DNA of 63,400 nucleotides from a virus (lineage: Duplodnaviria; Caudoviricetes), in IMG/VR virus record IMGVR_UViG_3300034101_001021, positions 1 through 63,400 of that record; one strand, 5' to 3'. Numbering within the stretch: position 1 is the stretch's first letter; each line of letters begins with the position of its first letter. The translations under genes and the position numbers were made by a program. Positions 43,901 to 52,139 of this stretch are shown in pieces. Under the pieces are notes generated by a model. That model saw nothing but the letters and a program-made list of their open reading frames with translations, had not been told where the DNA came from and did no database searches.

Positions 43901-46120
43901 ATGTTAAGAAAAGTCACTCTTCGCCCAGGCATCAACAGAGATACAACGAACTATGCCAACGAGGGCGGTTACTATGAGTGCGACAAGATCCGCTTTTACT
44001 CTGGGTATCCACAGAAGCTGGGTGGCTGGGTTGAAGCTACGACAGAACGATTTTTGGGAACTTGTCGGCAGCTCTGGAATTGGGTTACATCCTTTACAGA
44101 CAACTTTCTTGCGGTTGGTACAGATCAAAAGGTCTACATTGAGGTCGGTGGACTTTACTATGACATCACCCCAATACGTAATCCTCTCGCTTCTCCAGAT
44201 CAAGAGTACACATTTAAGACCCCTACTACAGACAACTGTATAGATACGACCAATGGTTCAACCACGGTCAATATCAACATCACGGCTCACGGATGCTTGG
44301 TTGGGGACTACATAACCATAGCTGGATCTGCCGATGTTGGTGGCATACCTAGTGCGGTTCTTAATACCGAGCACAAAGTTACAGAAGTAACGGACACTAA
44401 TAACTTCAAAATTGTTGTATCGACTGCTGCGACGTCAACCGTAACTAACGGTGGTGGTACGTCTATATTTGTAGGGTGCCAGATACATCCAGGCTTTCCT
44501 CTTCAGACAGCAGGTTATGGCTGGGGAACTGGAGGATTCGGTGGTACAACCGGTTTATCCGCCATTGGAACGTTTACAGTTACCGTCGCATCCCCAGCGG
44601 TTCTTACCTTTGCAGCGCACACCCCCGTAGATAACACCGTAATCATCCTAAGTACAACCGGCGCTCTTCCTACAGGTTTATCTGCTGGTGTGGCGTATTA
44701 CATCGTCGGATCATCTGGTAGCACGTGTAGCCTGGCGCTTACCCAGGCAGGAGCCTCGATCAATACGACAGGAACTCAAAGCGGAACCCATAGTGCTCAG
44801 CTTGTAGCTTCTCCAACAGGATGGGGGTTTGCTAGTCCTCTACCTGTTTACCTACCTCAGAGAGACTGGTTCTTTGATAACTTTGACAACGACTTGGTGA
44901 TGAATATTAGAGCGGTGACTACTGGTACAGGTGTGGCTACTGGTGGACCAATTTATTACTGGAGTCGTGGTACGACGGTAAGTTCCCAGGCTGAGCTAAG
45001 CACTAGAGCCGTATTGTTGTCTGGGCTAACCATTGATGGAGTGGTCCCGGCAGATGTTCCTGAATCCGCTTACCAAATACTTGTATCCCAGAATGATAAG
45101 CATCTTCTGGCTTTTGGATGTCAGCCATATGCAGGATCTACAGGTGACTTCGATCCTCTTCTAATTCGTTGGGCAACCCAGGATCAGCCAAACGTATGGA
45201 CGCCGCTGCTTACTAACTCGGCTGGATTCATCCGAGTATCCCGTGGATCGAGGATTGTCAGGGCGCTGCCAACCAGGCAAGAGATCGTAGTCTTTACAGA
45301 TACACACCTGTATAGCTTTCAGTTCCTAGGCACTATTGAAGTGTTTGGGCTTCAGGAGCTATCAGACAACATCTCAATCATGTCGGCCAGATCTTGTATC
45401 TCCGTGAACAACGTGACTTACTGGATGGGGCTAGATAAGTTCTATGCCTATGATGGCCGGGTCCAGACTCTCCCCTGTACGCTCAGAGAGTACGTGTTCA
45501 AAGATATTAACTTGAACCAAGCAGACCAGGTTATCTGCGGGACGAACGAGGGATACAACGAAGTCTGGTGGTTTTATTGCAGCGCAAGTTCAAACTGGGT
45601 TGATCGTTATGTTATTTTTAATCACCTAGAAAGAGTCTGGTACTACGGGAGTCTTACTCGCACAGCGTGGCTAGATGTCTCTTCGAGGAATTACCCAACG
45701 GCGGTCTTTACTGACGAGAACCAAGATCCAGGTATTCTTTATACCCATGAACTTGGAGTGGATGATGGTTTGCTTCCGATGGAGGCGTTTGTCCAATCTT
45801 CAGACTTTGACATCGAGGACGGTGAAAAGTTGATGCTGACCAAGCGGATGATCCCGGACGTAAATTTCCGTGGGTCTACGGCAGCAAACCCAGAAGTAAC
45901 CATGGCCATACGGGCTAGAAACTTCCCAGGATCAGCTTTTACCAATAACGCCCTGAACGAGAAGCCGGTCATTCAGACTTCTATTGACCAGTACACAGAG
46001 CAGGTATTCATCCGTGCCCGAGGCAGACAGATGGCCATGCGGATCAGTTCAGATGGGCTTGGGGTTCAGTGGCAATTGGGTATGCCTAGGATTGACGCCC
46101 GAGAAGACGGCAAGAGATAA
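43901..46120 (+). CDS. Tail nozzle / DNA stabilisation (P22 gp10, T7 gp12-like) protein
   Basis: 739 aa; PGIN.D.T, RF..G.P.K.GGW, IRW..Q, WMG...FY.YDG, W.LG..R.D...DG.R. Confidence 0.75.
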   Translation: MLRKVTLRPGINRDTTNYANEGGYYECDKIRFYSGYPQKLGGWVEATTERFLGTCRQLWNWVTSFTDNFLAVGTDQKVYIEVGGLYYDITPIRNPLASPDQEYTFKTPTTDNCIDTTNGSTTVNINITAHGCLVGDYITIAGSADVGGIPSAVLNTEHKVTEVTDTNNFKIVVSTAATSTVTNGGGTSIFVGCQIHPGFPLQTAGYGWGTGGFGGTTGLSAIGTFTVTVASPAVLTFAAHTPVDNTVIILSTTGALPTGLSAGVAYYIVGSSGSTCSLALTQAGASINTTGTQSGTHSAQLVASPTGWGFASPLPVYLPQRDWFFDNFDNDLVMNIRAVTTGTGVATGGPIYYWSRGTTVSSQAELSTRAVLLSGLTIDGVVPADVPESAYQILVSQNDKHLLAFGCQPYAGSTGDFDPLLIRWATQDQPNVWTPLLTNSAGFIRVSRGSRIVRALPTRQEIVVFTDTHLYSFQFLGTIEVFGLQELSDNISIMSARSCISVNNVTYWMGLDKFYAYDGRVQTLPCTLREYVFKDINLNQADQVICGTNEGYNEVWWFYCSASSNWVDRYVIFNHLERVWYYGSLTRTAWLDVSSRNYPTAVFTDENQDPGILYTHELGVDDGLLPMEAFVQSSDFDIEDGEKLMLTKRMIPDVNFRGSTAANPEVTMAIRARNFPGSAFTNNALNEKPVIQTSIDQYTEQVFIRARGRQMAMRISSDGLGVQWQLGMPRIDAREDGKR

Positions 46121-47011
46121 ATGGCGCTTATTGGATTCCGGGCACCAGCTCTTCCTCTGCCAAGGCAGGAGTATGACCGTCAGCAGATGGACCAGCTTAT
46201 CAATGCGCTGCGTCTGTACTTCAACCAACTAGACTCCCTCACTCCGCAGCAGGCAAACTCCTACCGAGCAGACGAGTTTATTGGTGGGATCTTCTCTGGT
46301 TCAGCCTATACCGGAGGGACATTTACTGGAACGGTGTTTACCGGAGACAGCTTTAACGGTGACTTTTTCAATGGCGGGAACTTTAGCGGGGAACAGTTCA
46401 ATGGTGGTGTCTTTGCCGGCCAAGGAAGAAGGCTTGTATTTCCACACATAGCAGCATCGGATAGTACGGATCAGGTAGCGACGGGAAACAACACAGCTAC
46501 TTTAGTTAAGTTTGATACTTTGGATTCAGGGTTTGGTTGGACGCTTAACTCTCCCGGATCTGCTACGGCAGACTATGCTGGCGTGTACACCATAAGATAC
46601 AGACTACAGTACATAAATACAGCAAACGCTATTCACTATGCGGATGTCTGGCTCAAGGTAAATGGCAGCAACGTAGCCAACTCAACTACTAGATTCTTTA
46701 TTCCGGCTCATAAAAGCGCCTCTGCGGGAGAAGAAGGGTACCTCTGCGCTTACTCTGAGGTAACTTTTGCTGTTCAAATTGGAGATGAGATAGAGCTTTA
46801 CTGGGCTACAGACCTTGCAGGAAACCCGACTACACCGACTAACGGGGTGTATATGTTCCACGATGCTGCAAGCGCCAGCCCCTATTCCAGACCAGCTATC
46901 CCCTCGGCAATAGGATCAATTAGTTTTGTATCAGCAGTAGAAAGCGTAAGCGTGAAACCTGGGGTAAAAGCAGTCCTGCTTTCTGGTTCTTTACCCACGG
47001 TTACAACCTAG
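46121..47011 (+). CDS. Tail/needle-associated protein with F-x-G-x-x pentapeptide repeats and C1q-like C-terminus
   Basis: P.LP....Y...N.LRLYFNQLD N-terminus; ten pentapeptide repeats; GVY, VWLKVNG, GD.IELYW. Confidence 0.65.
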   Translation: MALIGFRAPALPLPRQEYDRQQMDQLINALRLYFNQLDSLTPQQANSYRADEFIGGIFSGSAYTGGTFTGTVFTGDSFNGDFFNGGNFSGEQFNGGVFAGQGRRLVFPHIAASDSTDQVATGNNTATLVKFDTLDSGFGWTLNSPGSATADYAGVYTIRYRLQYINTANAIHYADVWLKVNGSNVANSTTRFFIPAHKSASAGEEGYLCAYSEVTFAVQIGDEIELYWATDLAGNPTTPTNGVYMFHDAASASPYSRPAIPSAIGSISFVSAVESVSVKPGVKAVLLSGSLPTVTT

Positions 47012-47066
47012 TCAACAGTAGCTAAATCACGGATAATACGGTTAGTCAAGCATTTAGGAGGCTTTT

Positions 47067-47984
47067 ATGGGTACAGGCGTAGGCGAGGCAATGATCATTG
47101 GTGCTGTAACTGGCGCCGGTACTTCTGCTATTACAGGTGGAGATCCACTTAAAGGAGCGCTTCTTGGTGCTGCCGGGGGTGGCGTAGGAGCGGGGATTGC
47201 CGGGGCTGGAGCAGGGGCAGGCGCAGCTAGTGGAGCGGGAAGTGCAGCAGCTCCCATAACCACGGCAAGCACTACAGGGGCAACGACTGGTGCAACCATG
47301 GGTTCGGCAGCTCCAATTACTAGCGTCGGTGTACCAGGAGGCGCAGGACAAATAGGAATGTCAGCATTGCCAAGTGGAGCAACTGTTCCATCTATGATGA
47401 TGCCTAGTGGTGATATTTCCATGCTGGCGTCTCAGACCCCTGGAACCGCTTCAAGTGCCGCAGCGGGATCTCCAACATTCCCCTCAATGAATGCGTTCTA
47501 CGCCAGAAACCCGGTATTAATGCCCGCTGGCCTTGGCGCTGCGTCTGCGGCTATTGGCCAGTCTTATGACGTAGAAGGATTGCCCGAGCAAGAAAAGTAT
47601 AGCGGCCCTCTCAGCCGATTCCGCTATGACCCGGACAAGTATCGTACAGCCATGGCAGGCGGTGGCCTAGCAGACTCCGCAGTAGCACAGCGTTACATGA
47701 GGGGCGGGCATCTTGGCGCCTACTCAGATGGTGGGCGGTTAACCAAGGGGCCAGGCGATGGCATGTCAGACAACATCCCGGCACGTATTGGCGCTAAGCA
47801 GCCTGCTCGTTTAGCAGACGGCGAGTTTGTAGTACCGGCAGATGTCGTCTCTGGGATTGGCAACGGGTCAACCGATGCTGGTGCTCGTAAGCTCTACGCC
47901 ATGATGGACAAAGTTCGTAAAGCTCGTACAGGAACCAAGCGTCAGGGTAAAGAGATCAACCCCAGTAAGTACATGCCAGCCTAG
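47067..47984 (+). CDS. Internal virion (ejection-type) protein
   Basis: G/A-rich N-terminus; GG...GPGDGMSD.IPA...LADGEFV domain. Confidence 0.7.
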   Translation: MGTGVGEAMIIGAVTGAGTSAITGGDPLKGALLGAAGGGVGAGIAGAGAGAGAASGAGSAAAPITTASTTGATTGATMGSAAPITSVGVPGGAGQIGMSALPSGATVPSMMMPSGDISMLASQTPGTASSAAAGSPTFPSMNAFYARNPVLMPAGLGAASAAIGQSYDVEGLPEQEKYSGPLSRFRYDPDKYRTAMAGGGLADSAVAQRYMRGGHLGAYSDGGRLTKGPGDGMSDNIPARIGAKQPARLADGEFVVPADVVSGIGNGSTDAGARKLYAMMDKVRKARTGTKRQGKEINPSKYMPA

Positions 47985-47993
47985 GAGATAGAG

Positions 47994-48584
47994 ATGGGCG
48001 GAATGGTAAGTAACGCAATTAATCAGTCTGGGCTGCCTAACGCAATTAATCAGGCTGGATTTCAACAACAGCTTGGCCGGGTATCTAACCAGATGTACCA
48101 GCCGCCCAGTCAAATGGGTGGGTACGACCCATACACCGCTATGCGTCGGCCTAACTACATGCCATTTGGTCCAAACCAGCAGTTCTATCAGCCGATCTAC
48201 CAGCCTAGCTATTCCCAGTTCTCCAACTTTGGTTATGGCCAAGCGCCCTTTGGTGGGTTCTATCAGCCGCCGATGATGGGTTTTGGTATGCAAAGGTTTC
48301 AGCCTCAACAATTTCGGCCCATGCTATCTCCGCAGCCAATGCAGTCTCAGTATCGGCCTATTCCATACATGACTCAATCTCAGATTGATACTCGTAATGC
48401 AGCGGCAGCAGCGGCAGCAGCGCCCCCACCAAATATTTATGACGGTAGCGGCGGCGGTTATGGAGACGGCGGAGTTGGTGGTGACGGCGGTGGTGTTGGT
48501 ATGGGTGCTGGTAGCACCGGTGAAGGGGTATTTAAAAAAGGCGGCAATGTAGATGACGGTATCGCTTCTTTGCTGAAGAAATGA
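47994..48584 (+). CDS. Low-complexity Q/P/G/M/aromatic-rich protein
   Basis: AGGAG RBS; composition; C-terminal FKKGG..GIASL. Confidence 0.6.
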   Translation: MGGMVSNAINQSGLPNAINQAGFQQQLGRVSNQMYQPPSQMGGYDPYTAMRRPNYMPFGPNQQFYQPIYQPSYSQFSNFGYGQAPFGGFYQPPMMGFGMQRFQPQQFRPMLSPQPMQSQYRPIPYMTQSQIDTRNAAAAAAAAPPPNIYDGSGGGYGDGGVGGDGGGVGMGAGSTGEGVFKKGGNVDDGIASLLKK

Positions 48585-49012
48585 ATCTAAACATCCAAGT
48601 TGTAGATACAAACTACATCAGCCAGATTTGGAATCAGGTAGACCAGTATTTAATAGACGCACTAATAAAAGATAACGACGCCCCTGACTGGAGTAACTGT
48701 TACAACATTCATCATGTCCAGGGGTTTTTGACTAGCGGTGTGTGGTTATTGTTGGTGGCGGTAGATGAGGAAGGAAAGATCCACGGTGCCGCAACAGTGT
48801 CATTTGCGAACTATCCGATGGCCAGGGTAGCGTTCATCACACTGATAGGAGGTCGGATGATCTCCAATAGCAACACGTTTGAGCAGCTTAAGATGATTCT
48901 AAAGCAGCGCGGGGCGACAAAAGTCCAAGGGTACGGTAGAGAATCTATCGTTCGATTGTGGAAGAGATACGGCTTTGAGCCACGAACTACTTTAGTGGAA
49001 GTGCAATTATGA
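48581..49012 (+). CDS. GNAT-like protein (P22 gp14 / T7 gp13 position)
   Basis: Size, LLVA...GAA, AFIT.IGG, GAT...G.GR...RLW..YGF. Confidence 0.65.
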   Translation: MNLNIQVVDTNYISQIWNQVDQYLIDALIKDNDAPDWSNCYNIHHVQGFLTSGVWLLLVAVDEEGKIHGAATVSFANYPMARVAFITLIGGRMISNSNTFEQLKMILKQRGATKVQGYGRESIVRLWKRYGFEPRTTLVEVQL

Positions 49013-50628
49013 GATACGATCACTTTTCAATGCTGCCCGAACGGGCTTTCCAAAAGCGGCCATTTGGCGGCATGACCCTAGAGGGCGGTAGCGGTGGCGG
49101 TGGCGGTGGCCACACGACTAGCACGGTCACCCAATCTTCCATCCCTGATTGGCTACGTCCACAGACAGAAGCGCTCCTTGGTGCTGCGACGCAAGAGACC
49201 TTCCAGACTCAGAAGACCCCAGAGGGTACTTACGAGATCACTGGTGTTAAACCATTTGTTCCGTATAGCGCAGACCCCCGCGATTACTTTGCCCCGTTTA
49301 GCCCACAGCAACAACAGGTAATGTATGAAGCATCTCAGATGCAGCGGCCTGGTGGATTCGGTGTTGGCCAACAAATGGTTGGCAGTGCTGGAATGGGTGG
49401 ATTAGAAACCGCTGGTGGTGCCTATGACTACGGTCAGATGGGTGCTGGATACGGGGCGGCTGGTGCTCGATTGGGAACCCAAGGTGGAGCGCAATTTGGA
49501 AACCTAGGCGCTGGATACGGAATGATGGGCGCTGGTATGGCCCCCGAAGCTCAGATGTATGGCCGCACCGCAGCAGACATTGGTTCGATGGGTCTCCGTG
49601 CAGAAGAGCTTGGCCGTGACGTAGGCGAAGAAGCTCGTCAGTATGCTCGTCAAGCAGCAAGCATGGGTGGTACCTATGAGCGTATGGCAACAGACCCACG
49701 GGCTATCCAAGCCTACATGTCACCGTATCAACAAGGTGTCACAGAGGTAGCAAAACGCAAGGCAATTGATGACGCCCAACGTGCTCAGCTCGGGCAAAAC
49801 TTAGGGGCTGTACGAACAGGTACATACGGCGGTGCTCGACAGGCTCTTCTCCAGGGTCAGCGTGAGGCTGGATTACAGCAGCAGCTCAGCGACATTCAAG
49901 CTCAAGGACTTCAGCGGGCGTTTGAACAAGCTCAACAAGCACAACAGTTCGGTGTCACAACTGGTCTACAAGGACTCCAAGGAGGTCAGGCTGGACTTGG
50001 AACCGCTCTCCAAGGTGGTCAGCTAGGACTCTCTGGTATCGGCCAGGCAATAACTGGTCAAGAGGCTGGGCTTCGTGGACTGGGTCAGGCCGGTCAACTG
50101 TATGGTCTGGGTATGCAGGGTGCTGGTGTTGGACTTCAAGGAGTTCAGCAGCAACTCGCTGGCACAGAACAGGGTATGCGCGGAGCTGGCGTTGGCCTAC
50201 AGGGAATCTCTGGTGCCCAGGCTGGATACGGACTTATGGGTCAGATGGGCCGGTCACTTGCGGATATTGCTCAGCAGCAACAAGCATCAGACATTGCTCG
50301 CCTACAGTTCCAACAACAGATTGGTACGCTCCCACAGGAACAACAACAGCAAATCATCAATCAGGCGATCCAGAACTATGCGATGGCGCAACAGTACCCG
50401 CAGCAGCAGCTTGCCGCATACAACGCCTTACTACGTGGTTACGCGACACCGGTCACTACAGTATCTCAGTATCAGGCAGCAGCCAGCCCCGTCTCTCAAC
50501 TTGCTGGTCTCGGACTCACGGGCGCCGCAGCATATGGCATGGCAACCGGCAAGAAAAAGGGAGGCGAGATTAAAGAAGGTATAGACTCCCTCGCACTGAA
50601 GAAAGCTATGAAAAAGGTGGCAGCATGA
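49009..50628 (+). CDS. DNA ejection/transfer protein (P22 gp7-like position)
   Basis: GG-rich N-terminus, G/Q/A-rich, YMSPYQQ.V, G.YGG.R, P.QQL; hydrophobic C-terminus. Confidence 0.7.
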   Translation: MRYDHFSMLPERAFQKRPFGGMTLEGGSGGGGGGHTTSTVTQSSIPDWLRPQTEALLGAATQETFQTQKTPEGTYEITGVKPFVPYSADPRDYFAPFSPQQQQVMYEASQMQRPGGFGVGQQMVGSAGMGGLETAGGAYDYGQMGAGYGAAGARLGTQGGAQFGNLGAGYGMMGAGMAPEAQMYGRTAADIGSMGLRAEELGRDVGEEARQYARQAASMGGTYERMATDPRAIQAYMSPYQQGVTEVAKRKAIDDAQRAQLGQNLGAVRTGTYGGARQALLQGQREAGLQQQLSDIQAQGLQRAFEQAQQAQQFGVTTGLQGLQGGQAGLGTALQGGQLGLSGIGQAITGQEAGLRGLGQAGQLYGLGMQGAGVGLQGVQQQLAGTEQGMRGAGVGLQGISGAQAGYGLMGQMGRSLADIAQQQQASDIARLQFQQQIGTLPQEQQQQIINQAIQNYAMAQQYPQQQLAAYNALLRGYATPVTTVSQYQAAASPVSQLAGLGLTGAAAYGMATGKKKGGEIKEGIDSLALKKAMKKVAA

Positions 50629-52130
50629 TCGGAAGCACACTCAGCCGTGTTCAGACGGCAGAAAAGCTCAGCATCCCGCAGCTTCAGCAGGCCATTCAGT
50701 CTGGGACTATCCCGGCCTATATGGGCGTTCCTCTCCTGGAAGAGAAGATCCAGTTTGAACAGAGGATGCGTTCAGCCGCAGCAGCCCGCATGGCCCAAGG
50801 TCAGCAACCTACTATTGCCGAACAGGTCATGGACCAAGCCCAGATGGCTGATCAGGGTGGCATAGACCAGATCCCCATCCAAACTCCTGAGTTCGCAGGT
50901 GGCGGTATCGTAGCGTTTAGCGCAGGGGATAAGGTTCAGTCCGATGAGATGCTTTTGGAACAAGCCATTAATTCTTTGGTGCAACGAGACCCATCTATCA
51001 ATGCCAACTTCATCAGGCAGGCGTATGCCAGCTCTCCACCTGAAAGACGGGAGCAGCTCCTTGCTCAACTAAGAGACAGGGAGGCCTCTAAGTTTGCGCG
51101 TCAAGGAACAGGCGTTCCAATGACCCCTAATCAGGGTATTGCCGGCGCAGACATGGATAGGGAAGCAGCCAAGTTTGCTCGGCAGGGTACAGGCGTACCA
51201 GGCACTCCGCCCAAAGACACAGGTATTGCCCCCGAGATGGATGAAGATAAAGTCATGCCCGATGCTGGGATTTCTTCCATTCCTATCTCCCCGATCATTC
51301 AACGGGCTGGCGAGATGGCAACGGCTCTCCGTGGGACTGAACAGGCCACTCCGATTCCAACCATTGAAGAGGCTGGTAAGCAGACGAGCGACCTTCTCAA
51401 AGCATCTGGATACGATGAGAACGTTCTTGGAAACATTCAGAAAGAGATCGCATCGCAGCGTGAGTCCCTGGCCAAAGATAAGGCTGAGTCACGTAACTTC
51501 CGTCTCCTTGAGATGGGCCTTGGGATCATGGCTGGTACGTCTCCTAACGCCTTTGAGAACATTGGCAAGGGCGCAGCACCTGGCTTGAGGGGACTTGCTT
51601 CTGACATCAAGGATCTACAGAAGGCTGAGCGTGAGTTCAAACTGGCTGAGCAGAACCTTATGCTTAAGCAGAATGACGCTGCTATGGGTAAAGCCAAGAT
51701 CACTCAGGGCACCATTGATAAGGCTCAAGAGCGGGCTGATAAGAAGGCTGAGAAGTTTGACCAACTCAAGGCAGACCTTGCCAAGACGATGCTTACCACT
51801 GAGTCGCAGGAGCGTTTGGCTCGGGCGGCATACAGTACCAAACTCACGGACTTCGATAAACAGTGGAAACTGTACTCACGTGAGGCTGAAGCTAAAGGTG
51901 AAACGCCGTCGTTTACGGGATTCCAAACTGCCATTGGAGATCGTCCGTTGACCATGAAGGACGCTCTAGCTGCCGCGAGACAAGACATAGGCGCTGAAGG
52001 TACTATAGAAAGCAGGGCTCGTCAGATGGTAGAAGACGATAGGAAATACAGAGCGGCTCAGAGAGCTGGGCAAGTACCGCGTGGCCAAACGCCACCCCTA
52101 CCCCCAGGATTTGTCATACAAGGAAGATAA
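50625..52130 (+). CDS. DNA ejection/transfer protein
   Basis: FAGGGIVAF, LLEMGLGIMAG.SP.A..NIG; coiled coil. Confidence 0.7.
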   Translation: MIGSTLSRVQTAEKLSIPQLQQAIQSGTIPAYMGVPLLEEKIQFEQRMRSAAAARMAQGQQPTIAEQVMDQAQMADQGGIDQIPIQTPEFAGGGIVAFSAGDKVQSDEMLLEQAINSLVQRDPSINANFIRQAYASSPPERREQLLAQLRDREASKFARQGTGVPMTPNQGIAGADMDREAAKFARQGTGVPGTPPKDTGIAPEMDEDKVMPDAGISSIPISPIIQRAGEMATALRGTEQATPIPTIEEAGKQTSDLLKASGYDENVLGNIQKEIASQRESLAKDKAESRNFRLLEMGLGIMAGTSPNAFENIGKGAAPGLRGLASDIKDLQKAEREFKLAEQNLMLKQNDAAMGKAKITQGTIDKAQERADKKAEKFDQLKADLAKTMLTTESQERLARAAYSTKLTDFDKQWKLYSREAEAKGETPSFTGFQTAIGDRPLTMKDALAAARQDIGAEGTIESRARQMVEDDRKYRAAQRAGQVPRGQTPPLPPGFVIQGR

Positions 52131-52139
52131 AGGTTAATT

